The translations under genes and the position numbers were made by a program. DNA of 59,958 nucleotides from Legionellaceae bacterium (GTDB taxonomy: Bacteria; Pseudomonadota; Gammaproteobacteria; CBCSKA01), in the NCBI GenBank assembly GCA_965140885.1, contig CBCSKA010000135.1, positions 1 through 59,958 on the forward strand, read 5' to 3'. This document shows, in pieces, positions 51,061 through 59,958 of the stretch; the first letter of the stretch is position 1, and the number at the start of each line of letters is the position of its first letter. A model generated the notes under the pieces. The model worked only from the letters and a program-made list of their open reading frames with translations. It was not told the origin of the DNA and searched no databases.

Positions 51061-51354
51061 GTGGATAAAAACGAACCTAAGAAAATAATTATTGAAGGTG
51101 TTACTGAAGAAGGCGAATTATTTAGGCCTAGTGATTGGGCTGAACGTATGAGTGGAAGTTTGTGTACTTTTCGTAACCGACGTATTACTTATTCTCCTTT
51201 ATTGCAACCGATAGTAAAAGGTGGTAATAAATGTGTATTAGTGGATCCTATGCTTCGTGAAACGAATCCTGCCTTATATGAAACGATTATGGCTTTTGCG
51301 CGTGTTAATCATTTGAAAGTGGGTAGTGAAACTAATGATGATGAAACCACGTAA
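51061..51354 (+). CDS. Small conserved protein (DUF3579-like, from memory)
   Basis: 97 aa, GTG start. FRPSDWAERMSG ... YSPLLQP ... NKCVLVD pattern. Confidence 0.55.
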   Translation: MDKNEPKKIIIEGVTEEGELFRPSDWAERMSGSLCTFRNRRITYSPLLQPIVKGGNKCVLVDPMLRETNPALYETIMAFARVNHLKVGSETNDDETT

Positions 51355-51361
51355 TCAAATT

Positions 51362-52657
51362 TTATAAAACAATTTTAAAATCCCCAGCCACGCGTTCAAG
51401 ATCTAAACGATTAAAAAAATTAGCGTAACACATCCATGCACTTAATGATGCTAAATCTTTGAATTGGGGAGGAATAAAGGTAGGAGGAATAAGAACTTTT
51501 TCAGCAATTAATTCTTCATAAACTTTCAAATCTTCAAGCACGGTTTTGCCACAAAATAATAAAGGAATACGATTAATTAAACCTTGATGGATGGCAATTT
51601 GTAAATAATTATAAATTAAAACAAAACCTTTGCTATAAGATAAATCTTTAGTGAAAGGGCCAGCATCAGGTAAACTACCTCTAAATATTCTAACACTATT
51701 GGCATAACTTTCTTCATTAGATAAATCTTGTTCACGAAAAAAGTTAAAGATATCTAAAAAATTTGCGCCTTTTTCAGCCTTATGAATGGCTGTGATGCGA
51801 TTAGTTAATCGTTTCACGCGTCCAGGAAATGAAGCAAACGTGAATATCTCCATAATAATAGCTAGCCCTTCTTGTGTCACTGTTGTGGAAGGGGTGCCTA
51901 TACTAAGAAAAGTACACGTTGGCTGTGCTTGTCCATTAAGCGTTGTGCCAATATGTACCCATCCTTCGTGAACTTCTAAGATACGTATATCTCTTTCACT
52001 GAAAAAGGTATCCGGCCGTATTTTAATGGTATCTGCTCCTGCCGCTGCATCACTGATGATCCCATCATCTAAAATTACTTTTACGGGTTTGGAGGATGCT
52101 TGAAAATAAGTATCCATTCGCTGTTGCAATAATTCTACCGTTTCTTTGCTACTGTATTTTTTTTCATCAATTGCAGTTTCAGTTTGTATATTTAAATTAT
52201 TCAAAGCACTAGAAATCATTTGTGCAAGATCTTTTAAATTGGGAGCGCCTGCAAAAAAAGCATCTTCAGAGCTCCCGTATAATTCTTGTGATAACCACGA
52301 AAATTCAGGTTGTCCACGGAACATAATTAAATTTACAACTTTTCGGTATTCTTGACAGATGCGCTGCATGATATTGCCAATGGGGCTAAATTGCCCCAAA
52401 TGGTGACGAATATCACGTTCTATCGTATAAAATTCATCAATTTTTTCTTGAGGATTATAGGGTAAAGGATTTTTCTCATAATAATAGCGATTAATCGCAG
52501 GTAATTTAGTAAACTTATGTTTAAAAAAATCTTCTTGGATAGATTTATGCCATTTAATGGAATCTAAAATTCGCAAAGGTCGCTGTGCTTTAACAATTCT
52601 ATTTGAAAGTGTTTTAATTAAATCACAATATTTTTGATGAGAAGTATTTTTAGACAT
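51362..52657 (-). CDS. QEGLA-motif protein (DUF1704; MATCAP-like gluzincin metallopeptidase)
   Basis: 431 aa. Contains the literal VTQEGLAI motif and an HExxxH-type site HEGWVH 28 residues upstream. Confidence 0.8.
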   Translation of the reverse strand: MSKNTSHQKYCDLIKTLSNRIVKAQRPLRILDSIKWHKSIQEDFFKHKFTKLPAINRYYYEKNPLPYNPQEKIDEFYTIERDIRHHLGQFSPIGNIMQRICQEYRKVVNLIMFRGQPEFSWLSQELYGSSEDAFFAGAPNLKDLAQMISSALNNLNIQTETAIDEKKYSSKETVELLQQRMDTYFQASSKPVKVILDDGIISDAAAGADTIKIRPDTFFSERDIRILEVHEGWVHIGTTLNGQAQPTCTFLSIGTPSTTVTQEGLAIIMEIFTFASFPGRVKRLTNRITAIHKAEKGANFLDIFNFFREQDLSNEESYANSVRIFRGSLPDAGPFTKDLSYSKGFVLIYNYLQIAIHQGLINRIPLLFCGKTVLEDLKVYEELIAEKVLIPPTFIPPQFKDLASLSAWMCYANFFNRLDLERVAGDFKIVL

Positions 52658-52659
52658 TG

Positions 52660-53193
52660 TTATTTTTTCGGAAGCTTATCCACTAATTTAATTGTTAATT
52701 CATAAGCACCATTGCTACCTGTTAATAACATTTTCTGTACTGTTTTATCATTTAATTGCTTGATATCTTTTTTTAGTAAACCTTCTTTGACACTCCATAA
52801 TATTTTTAATCCTTGTTTTGTATTCATTAATTTTAATTGAACAACACCTAATAAATCATCTGGATCAAAAGGCGGATTATCTTGTTCGGCTAAAGTCAAA
52901 ATAATATCAGCGGCTTCTCCTTCTGCTAAGGGATGACTCCATAATGATAAATCTTTAAGCTGACTTAAGTTTTTTGTAGACCAAGCGGAAGGGGATAATG
53001 GTTTATTAATGGAATGCGTTTTACCGTTAGGTAAATAACTTGTAATATTTAAGTAAATTTCATCGCCTGTTTCTTCTGTGGCTTTTATGGATTTTATACT
53101 TTCTAATACCAACATAGGTTGCATCACTTTAGCATAAACAGGATTGATCATTAATGTGAGTAATAAAGCAAGAATGGAATTGGAATATTTCAT
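52660..53193 (-). CDS. Secreted hypothetical protein, co-transcribed with the QEGLA gene
   Basis: The ORF opens at 53268. The ATG at 53193 follows aaggaag and gives the signal peptide MKYSNSILALLLTLMINPVYA. 2-nt gap to the next start. Confidence 0.55.
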   Translation of the reverse strand: MKYSNSILALLLTLMINPVYAKVMQPMLVLESIKSIKATEETGDEIYLNITSYLPNGKTHSINKPLSPSAWSTKNLSQLKDLSLWSHPLAEGEAADIILTLAEQDNPPFDPDDLLGVVQLKLMNTKQGLKILWSVKEGLLKKDIKQLNDKTVQKMLLTGSNGAYELTIKLVDKLPKK

Positions 53194-53381
53194 ATTTATA
53201 GCTTCCTTTTGTGTCAGAACGGATTTGTCATACGCTTTTTTATGAGGGTTTGTGAGTAAACTATACACTTAGTTTAGTCAATTAAATAAAAAAATGTATA
53301 TGTTCTATTTTAAAGTCATCTTTGGTTTTCCCTAACTTCAAAATGAAAAGAATTCATTTGATTGACAGTATAGCGTGTCAA

Positions 53382-53672
53382 TCAAGACATATCCATTTTC
53401 GTAAGAAATTTTTTTATTGAATCATTCAAAGGGATATTTATTCGTTTTGTGACAGTATGCAATCCTGATACTATTTTTATGTTTTGTTTTGAAATCATTA
53501 ATTCTTGGGCAAGAAAATGAATCAATGCGGTATTTGCTTTTCCATCAATCGGTAATGCTTTAATTGAAATTTTTAAGAAATTGGCATGAATACCCAGTAT
53601 TTTATTTTCTTTTCCATTAGTTTTTACTTTGATATTGAGTGTTACGCTATCTTTACTCATTTGATACCACAA
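53382..53672 (-). CDS. DUF167/YggU-family protein
   Basis: 96 aa. PIDGKANTALIHFLAQEL ... IKIVSGLHTVTKRINI matches the YggU pattern. Confidence 0.7.
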   Translation of the reverse strand: MWYQMSKDSVTLNIKVKTNGKENKILGIHANFLKISIKALPIDGKANTALIHFLAQELMISKQNIKIVSGLHTVTKRINIPLNDSIKKFLTKMDMS

Positions 53673-53840
53673 TCTTCACCTCATTCTGAAGCTAATATTG
53701 AAAAAAATAATCCTTAATTTTTCCACTTTTAGGGTTATTGTAACTTACTTTTTGAATATTAAGTTAATAACACGTTTGATAAACGTTATACTTCAAGCTA
53801 ATATCTATAGAATAATCGATAAAAGGGAGTTGAAAATTGA

Positions 53841-55220
53841 ATGAAAAATATATTCTTACCACGCATTTTGCGTGGGCTAGTATTACTATCATTATCCATT
53901 TTTTCCGTGTTAAGTTCTGCTGAAAATAATCTTCATTTAACGGGCGTTACGGTTGATAATTTGCCCAATATGCTAGAAAAAGTAATGCCCAGTGTTGTTA
54001 ATATTTCAGCACAAGGTGAAATTAACCCTATGATGGAATTAGCGATAGTTCCTAATAATCCACAAAATGAAGGGGCTATAAATCCACATGATATGCGTCC
54101 AAGACAATTTGAAAGTTTGGGTTCAGGAGTCATTGTTGATGCTGCTAAACGTCTTGTTTTAACGAATGCACACGTTATCAGTAATGCGAAAACCATTACG
54201 GTAACATTAAGTGATGGTAGAAAATTACCCGCTAAATTAATTGGTGCTGATCCTTTATCTGATATTGCTGTATTACAAATCAATACAAATAATTTAAGAG
54301 CGATACCTTTTGGTGATTCTGATCATTTACGTGTGGGTGAATTTGTTGCGGCGATAGGAAACCCTTTTGGATTAAATCAAACAGTGACGACTGGCATTGT
54401 CAGTGGTTTACAAAGGAATAAATTAGGGATAGAAAGTTTTGAAAATTTTATACAAACCAATGCCTCAATTAATCCAGGAAATTCTGGAGGCGCATTAGTT
54501 AATCAAAAAGGAGAATTAATTGGTATTAATACGGCAATATTAGGACCTAATGGTAATATCGGTATTGGGTTTGCCATACCTGCAAATATGGCAAAAAGTT
54601 TAATGCTTCAATTAATTCAATATGGTTCAATTCAGCGTGGCTTAATTGGAGTTATGGCACAAGATCTTACACCCGATTTAGCTGATGCATTTGGTATGCA
54701 TGGTATAGAAGGGGCTGTAGTTACTTTTATTACCCCATCCTCTCCGGCAGAAAAAGCAGGGATTAAAATTGGCGATATTATTCAATCAATTAATGATAAA
54801 AAGATTAAGAGTTTTGAAGATATTCGAAATATGGTGGGCTTATTGCGAGTCGGTTCTAGTGTCAATATTAATGCATTACGGAATAAGAAAACGATTCAAT
54901 TTAAAATAGCTACTGCAGATCCAAAAATTTATCAACAAGAAAATATTATTAGTAATCCATTTCTCTATGGTTTAGGTTTGAAAAATTTTGAACAAGTTTC
55001 ATCTGTACAAGGACATATTAAAGGTGTTCAAATTCTACATGTCAAACAAGATAGTGCAGCTTGGAGAGCAGGATTACGTCCGCATGATATTATTGTGTCA
55101 GCGAATAATACGCCGACCTTTAATATTGAACAATTAATGAATGCCGCTAAGAAAGATAATCACCAATTATTAGTGAATATTTTTAGAGAAGGCGCCGCTA
55201 ATTTTGTCGTGATTAAATAA
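53841..55220 (+). CDS. htrA: Periplasmic serine endoprotease DegP/HtrA (two PDZ domains)
   Basis: 459 aa. Signal peptide; catalytic triad contexts TNAHV, DIAVLQ, GNSGGAL; two PDZ-like repeats. Confidence 0.95.
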   Translation: MKNIFLPRILRGLVLLSLSIFSVLSSAENNLHLTGVTVDNLPNMLEKVMPSVVNISAQGEINPMMELAIVPNNPQNEGAINPHDMRPRQFESLGSGVIVDAAKRLVLTNAHVISNAKTITVTLSDGRKLPAKLIGADPLSDIAVLQINTNNLRAIPFGDSDHLRVGEFVAAIGNPFGLNQTVTTGIVSGLQRNKLGIESFENFIQTNASINPGNSGGALVNQKGELIGINTAILGPNGNIGIGFAIPANMAKSLMLQLIQYGSIQRGLIGVMAQDLTPDLADAFGMHGIEGAVVTFITPSSPAEKAGIKIGDIIQSINDKKIKSFEDIRNMVGLLRVGSSVNINALRNKKTIQFKIATADPKIYQQENIISNPFLYGLGLKNFEQVSSVQGHIKGVQILHVKQDSAAWRAGLRPHDIIVSANNTPTFNIEQLMNAAKKDNHQLLVNIFREGAANFVVIK

Positions 55221-55231
55221 ACAGTAATAAA

Positions 55232-55266
55232 AAAGGGAAGCAAATGATTATTTTTGCTTCCCTTTA
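55232..55266 (+). terminator. Terminator after htrA
   Basis: aaagggaagcaaa-tgattattt-ttgcttcccttt. Confidence 0.7.
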
Positions 55267-55380
55267 ATCAAATCACATTAAAAAACAGTGGAATTATTAA
55301 ATAATCAAGACTTGTATCCTAAGCAGACTTTTTGTATGGCAAAAAGATCACAGAGAAAAAAATAAAGGTAAGATAAAAAA

Positions 55381-55625
55381 GGTTTTATTGTATTTGATGA
55401 TTTGGTGTTGGATAAGCAATATTCGCGTAAAATTGATTCTGTCCGGTGGCAGGATAGTGGGAATGTCTATCGAGTTATCCGAGGAATAGGGTTATTGAAT
55501 TGTATTTATGTTAATCCTGAAACCAAGCAAAGTCACTCACGTGAAAGAAATGCTTCACAAAGTTATCCAGCACAAACAATTGTCTTTTAAAACGGTGTTA
55601 ATGGATAGCTGGTATGCCCAATTAT
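55381..55625 (+). pseudogene. IS4/IS701-like DDE transposase fragment
   Basis: Translation GFIVFDDLVLDKQYSRKIDSVRWQDSGNVYRVIRGIGLLNCIYVNPE, then after a frameshift FKTVLMDSWYA. This is only an internal ~80-aa piece of a transposase. Confidence 0.6.
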
Positions 55626-55650
55626 CAATTAATGCTATATATCCCTCATC

Positions 55651-56296
55651 ATTAGAAAACGACAATGCTTGTGTAGAATGACAGCAAGTGAAATCATGCG
55701 CATTGTCATTTTATTTCAGTCACTATCGGACCTCCAAAAATTATTATCATGTTTACGTCGTTATTTTCTTAATTGTTATCGGGTTTAGGTAAAAAAAACT
55801 GAAATATACTATGTCGATTCAAGCATGCTCAAGGTGTGACATAATCGTCGCATAAATTGACACAAGACATTTTGGTGTGTAGCGATCGAGGTAAAACAAT
55901 CATGGGCTAGTTTTATGATTTAAAATGGTATATTGACATCAATCATAAAGGTGAAATTGTTTCGTTTTGCGTTAGTCGTGGCAATGTCAATGACTGAAAA
56001 CCGATAGAACAATTATTTGTCCCTTTAGATGGACTAGCTGTAAGTAGTAAAGAATATTTGTCAAAACGGAAAAAAATGTTAAAGCAAAAGTTAAAATCAA
56101 TCACGTACGTGAAAAAAATATGAAAGAAAAAGTGATTATAGCATTTGAAAAATATTTTCTTGGAGAGTGTAGAATTGTTGAAACAGTCACTGAATAACTT
56201 AAATCAATTTGCCAGATTGAACACACTTGTCATCGCAAGCTGGGTAATTTTCTTATCAATTTACTAGGTAGGTTGATGGTATATATGCTAAAGTAA
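55651..56296 (+). pseudogene. IS982-family transposase, heavily decayed (multiple stops and frameshifts)
   Basis: Piecewise translation: MTASEIMRIVILFQS..., IYYVDSSMLKVCHNRRI, INHKGEIVSFCVSRGNVND, RIVETVTE.LKSICQIEHTCHRK..NFLINLLG. This follows the IS982 order as I recall it. No intact ORF. Confidence 0.65.
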
Positions 56297-56464
56297 AAAA
56301 CTAATTAAAAATTTATTCTATCAATAAAAAATCAAGGCTTCTTATGTCGAGCAGAGGTTAATATTAAGAACAATATTTGGTTGACTACAGGGGTATAGAC
56401 ATTTAGATTTCGCTTTTTCTTTAATAAATATAATTTACATTATAAAACTATTAGAATAGTTAAC

Positions 56465-57400
56465 ATGAATTTATCATATAATCCCTTTTGCCGATTAACC
56501 ACAAACAATAAATATCGTAAAACAAACAAATTGTTTTCTTCCCACTTTTCTTCCTTTTTTCAAAGATTAAAAGAAACATATATGATTTTCAATGGTTCTT
56601 CTTCTACAGAGGATTTATCGGTAGGTATAATGGATTATATCATTCCTATTTCATTATTTTTTTTGGTAATGCAGTTTTATGTTATGAAAGCACCTAAGCT
56701 GATAAGGTTTTTGTTAACTCCTATCATATTAATTCTTCATTTACCGTTTGCATTGTTAAAAACGATAATTTCTTCAGTATTAACAGCATTGGTTTCTCCT
56801 ATTGTTTTAATAATTCATTTAGCCTTAAAAGGAAAAACAACGGAATTAAAAAATCAATCAGAAAAAGTCTTAGTAGCGAGAGCAGTTGGAAATAAATTTG
56901 AATCTTCTCATACTGAACAGGAAGATCCTGTTATCCTTGCAAACGACTATAATAAAGAAGAAAAGAGTTTATCAGCACTGGGAAATAATAATCCCTTAAA
57001 AAGTAAATTTGATTTATTGTATCTACTTATTAAAATGAAAATTTCTGTTAAGCCTTTTTATGTTGATTATACAAATGGAAATGTACCCACTCTTTTTAGT
57101 CCTTCAAGGTTTAATTTATCTCAGCAGATGAATAAAAAAATGTATTTAAAAATTTTTGTGAAACATCCAGAACAACTTAAAACATATCTCAAAAGCGGTT
57201 TAATTGAAACAATGGGAATAATAGAAGTATCAAAAAAAAATGCTAATGCAATTGAAGCTATGCTTAAAACTAATTATTTCAATATCGTAGATGAGCTTAG
57301 CTTACAAGAAATTTTAACATTAGAAAGTGAAATATCTAAAGATGAGAAAAAAGAAATAAGCGAAAATAAAAGGGAAGTTGTTAGTTCCCTGGAGATGTAA
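56465..57400 (+). CDS. Orphan membrane protein with clustered hydrophobic hairpin and coiled/acidic C-terminus
   Basis: 311-aa ORF (the alternative start M40 is possible). Hydrophobic segments at ~55-120 (IIPISLFFLVMQFYV; LLTPIILILHLPFALL; VLTALVSPIVLIIHLAL). C-terminal EISKDEKKEISENKRE. Confidence 0.55.
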   Translation: MNLSYNPFCRLTTNNKYRKTNKLFSSHFSSFFQRLKETYMIFNGSSSTEDLSVGIMDYIIPISLFFLVMQFYVMKAPKLIRFLLTPIILILHLPFALLKTIISSVLTALVSPIVLIIHLALKGKTTELKNQSEKVLVARAVGNKFESSHTEQEDPVILANDYNKEEKSLSALGNNNPLKSKFDLLYLLIKMKISVKPFYVDYTNGNVPTLFSPSRFNLSQQMNKKMYLKIFVKHPEQLKTYLKSGLIETMGIIEVSKKNANAIEAMLKTNYFNIVDELSLQEILTLESEISKDEKKEISENKREVVSSLEM

Positions 57401-57698
57401 AATTCAGCTTTCAATAAGCTAGTTGTAGCCATTTTTTATTAGGATGTTTTTTTGTAATAACTCAAGGCATAGGGAGGCACTAAATCAATTGGTGCCGCCC
57501 TTGTTTTCCCTTTTCTATAAATATTTTTTACTTCTTTTGAAGTTGATGTAAGTTTTGCATGCCTTCAAGGGGAAATAAAATGAATATATCCTATAGGGTA
57601 ATTTACTGAAAGCGTTAAGGTTTCTCAATAGTTAATGCTGAACATAGGCTTACAATAAACAGTTTTTTTTATTGTGTTGGTTAATTAATTTTATTTTC

Positions 57699-57751
57699 AA
57701 AAATGGGCTATGCCTAACTAATATAAAAGTTAGCCATGGCCCATTTTTTTT
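57699..57751. terminator. Long imperfect hairpin flanked by A-run and T-run (bidirectional terminator)
   Basis: aaatgggctatgcctaact-aatataaa-agttagccatggcccattt followed by T-run. 17 pairs with one mismatch and one G-U. Confidence 0.7.
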
Positions 57752-57821
57752 ATGATTAAATTTGTAGATAGAATTTAAATAGCGAGTGAAATTTTATATT
57801 AGCCAAAAAATAATTACTCTA

Positions 57822-58289
57822 TTAATCAATGCGTAGCCATTTTTGCGTGCGACCAAATAAGGGTATTCCAATATAGCCTCTTACTTTTAATTGTTTCCCG
57901 GTTTTTGATAATGTGAGTTGGCATTCATATATTTTACCGGTTTTGGGATCTAAAATTTTACCATTTATCCATTGAAGTGGATTTTTGGGACTTTGGGAAA
58001 ACCCCCATAAAAAAACCATGCCTATTTTCTTTTGGTTATACCATTTACCAGGGCACTTATCACATAATTCATGGAAATCTTCATTAGGTTGAGTAAAAAT
58101 TTGCTCAATTTTTCCTTCTAAAGTCCCTTGATTTTCTTTGATGTCAACAATACTCCGGGGTTGATGAGTTTTATCATCTATTGTTTTCCATTTTCCTATG
58201 GGTGATGAAGGATTCGCATAACCAGCAGAAACCATACTTAAAAGGCTAATGAATATAAGCCCTTTTTTTAAGGTATTTAAAAAAAACAT
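57822..58289 (-). CDS. DUF2147-family secreted protein
   Basis: 155 aa. Signal peptide; GKWKTIDDKT ... CDKCPG ... GKILDPKTGKIYECQLTL ... LKVRGYIG..FGRTQKW pattern. Confidence 0.72.
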   Translation of the reverse strand: MFFLNTLKKGLIFISLLSMVSAGYANPSSPIGKWKTIDDKTHQPRSIVDIKENQGTLEGKIEQIFTQPNEDFHELCDKCPGKWYNQKKIGMVFLWGFSQSPKNPLQWINGKILDPKTGKIYECQLTLSKTGKQLKVRGYIGIPLFGRTQKWLRID

Positions 58290-58314
58290 AAAGACTCCCT
58301 AAATGCAATTGGAT

Positions 58315-58875
58315 TTATTGATGCTCAGGCGCAACTTCAAATATGCCTGGTGCATTACGCAAGTATTCTTCGTAATCTAAACCATAACCAAAAACGAATC
58401 GATCTTCTACCATTAAAGCGGTAAAATCCGCTGTTTTTAAGCCTCCTTCCATACGTGTTGCTGTTTTATTTAATAATACTGCGGTTAAGGTTTTTTTAGC
58501 GCCTTGTTCTTGGCAAAAATCAACAATGGATTGTAAAGTGATTCCGCCGTCAAGAATATCATCTAAAATGAGAACGGTTCGGTCCTTAAGTTTAACTTGC
58601 GGAATAACTTTCCAATGTAATTCTCCACCTTGTGTTGCACCTTGGTAGCGGGTGGCATGTACGCAATCTAATTCTAGAGGAAAATCTAAGCGAGGCAATA
58701 AATTGCCCGCTAATACAATACCCCCTTTTAATACACATAATAAAACAGGATTACTTTCAGATAAGGTATTATGAATTTCGATAGCCATTTCATCTAATGC
58801 TTTTTCAATTTGTGTTTTTGTAAAAATACACGTTGATTTTTGATAAACTTCTTGAATACGTTGGGGTATAGACAT
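58315..58875 (-). CDS. hpt: Hypoxanthine(-guanine) phosphoribosyltransferase
   Basis: 186 aa. PRPP-binding loop VLILDDILDGGITL. Confidence 0.9.
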   Translation of the reverse strand: MSIPQRIQEVYQKSTCIFTKTQIEKALDEMAIEIHNTLSESNPVLLCVLKGGIVLAGNLLPRLDFPLELDCVHATRYQGATQGGELHWKVIPQVKLKDRTVLILDDILDGGITLQSIVDFCQEQGAKKTLTAVLLNKTATRMEGGLKTADFTALMVEDRFVFGYGLDYEEYLRNAPGIFEVAPEHQ

Positions 58876-59213
58876 AATTTCCTCTAGTTAGTGCTGAAAC
58901 AGTCATCATTTTATTCAATGATGGTTATTTATTAGCCAAGCTAGATAATGAATTCATGTTTGGCTAATTAGCGAAAAGCATAATACTACACTTTATCTTC
59001 CTTAATTGGGAATAAAATTATGAGGTGAATACCTGTATTTTTTAAATCAGCCTTACGAAAAAAGAAAATTAATTAAAAATTTTATTTAGTTTAAAAAAAT
59101 ACATTATTACAAAGTTAAAAGCATTTACAGAAAGCCTAATACATATTCGACGCTATTTAAAAAGCTCAAAGCTTATTTAAATCACAATAGTAAATATTAA
59201 TATTGTTGTTTAG

Positions 59214-59556
59214 GATAAAGAATCGAAAGTATTGTTTAAAACAGTGAAGTACCATTCCACGTTTTCAATGTTAATGAAATTTCAAATGCTTGAGCAAGCG
59301 CGTCAATGGTGCGAAAAGTTTGTGATCTGGCATAACCAGGAATATTTACATAGCGTATTAAAATTTATAATTCTTGCAGTAGCGCTACACAGGTGAAGTT
59401 AGGAAAATTAGAATTAAACTGCATCTTGCGTATCAAATGGCAAGAAGGTAATACCCTGAACATTTGTCAAGTAAAACACGTGATTGGTTATTACCCAATG
59501 GTGTCACACTGAACCCAAATAAGGAAAATAAACAAATTAAGCGACTGCTTGCATAA
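59214..59556 (+). pseudogene. C-terminal fragment of an rve/DDE-integrase-type transposase, frameshifted
   Basis: DKESKVLFKTVKYHSTF...ARQWCEKFVIWHNQEYLHSVLKF, then after a frame change GEVRKIRIKLHLAYQMARR / PEHLSSKTRDWLLPNGVTLNP. This is the pattern of the C-terminal tail of IS3/IS481-like enzymes. Confidence 0.6.
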
Positions 59557-59600
59557 AAGCGTAACGGAGTTTCAATAAAAAATAAAACAGTATGAGTGCG

Positions 59601-59774
59601 ACTTTTATCAAATAATGCATCGACTCCGCCTTCTTCAACCACTGTTTTATAACGATAAAAAGTGTCTCTTGAAAAACCCATCACTTTATAGGCTCTTGGC
59701 ACATTATTCAGTTCTTCCGCTAAATTTAATAAGCCAGCTTTGTTTTTAATAACCTTTTCATTACACGGTAACAT
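59601..59774 (-). pseudogene. N-terminal HTH fragment of a transposase (IS481-like), on the opposite strand from the C-terminal fragment
   Basis: The first ~58 aa of ORF 59433-59774 (LNLAEELNNVPRAYKVMGFSRDTFYRYKTVVEEGGVDALFDKSR) resemble transposase HTH domains. The rest of the ORF reads antisense through the other IS fragment. Confidence 0.55.
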
Positions 59775-59958
59775 AAGGTTATCCTTTTAATTTTTGATGT
59801 TAATTGGCATAACTATCAAAACGGATAACCTTACTTTTTTCAAGTGTTTTGTCAGATTAGGTCTAAACTAATTCATATTAGTTTGTTAACACCAAGCGAT
59901 TTTGTCGTATCTTAATTACCAAGGGAAATTGACGGATCCAACTAATCAGTGATTTTCT

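Noticed and set aside
59433-59774. 113-aa ORF as an intact gene
   Set aside because: Only the first ~58 residues resemble a transposase HTH. The remainder is antisense read-through of another IS fragment. It is called a pseudogene fragment instead.
1-59958. tRNA, rRNA and CRISPR arrays
   Set aside because: I scanned for T-loop-like GGTTCGA(A/T)TCC contexts, long G+C-rich conserved blocks and regularly spaced direct repeats. I found none apart from the two 272-bp elements.

Overview
About 60 kb of an A+T-rich gammaproteobacterial chromosome. Most of it is conserved housekeeping blocks: ahpC, pepA-holC/lptF-lptG, parB-parA-rsmG, hrcA-grpE-dnaK-dnaJ-greA, ddl-yhbY/rlmE-ftsH-folP-glmM-hslO, dnaB, rpsF-rpsR-rplI, a perM/mscK-like/APC transporter cluster, mip, sdaA, pssA, htrA and hpt. 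A Mip-type FKBP, lineage-orphan K/N/E-rich genes and decayed IS copies suggest a Legionellales/Coxiellaceae-like intracellular bacterium; this is inference, not a database result. Small accessory islets interrupt the housekeeping blocks at 12.5-15.2 kb, 21.0-24.9 kb, 55.3-57.8 kb and 59.2-59.8 kb. The most unusual signal is a 272-bp G+C-rich, helix-dense element present twice in the same orientation (13471-13742 and 33969-34240). The copies differ at 7 of 272 positions by my manual alignment, and two of those differences preserve base pairing. No transposase, RT or integrase is adjacent, there are no terminal inverted repeats, and I recognise no RNA family. It is a candidate novel structured ncRNA or non-autonomous mobile element. 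Other leads are a 792-aa orphan protein with canonical protein-kinase catalytic-residue spacing, an orphan protein with a clan-CD/C80-like His/Cys pattern next to repeat copy A, two multi-TM 'inclusion-membrane-like' orphan proteins, a MATCAP-like QEGLA metallopeptidase operon, a sigma-54 activator with a degenerate receiver, and a nested IS graveyard. I found no rRNA, tRNA or CRISPR array.
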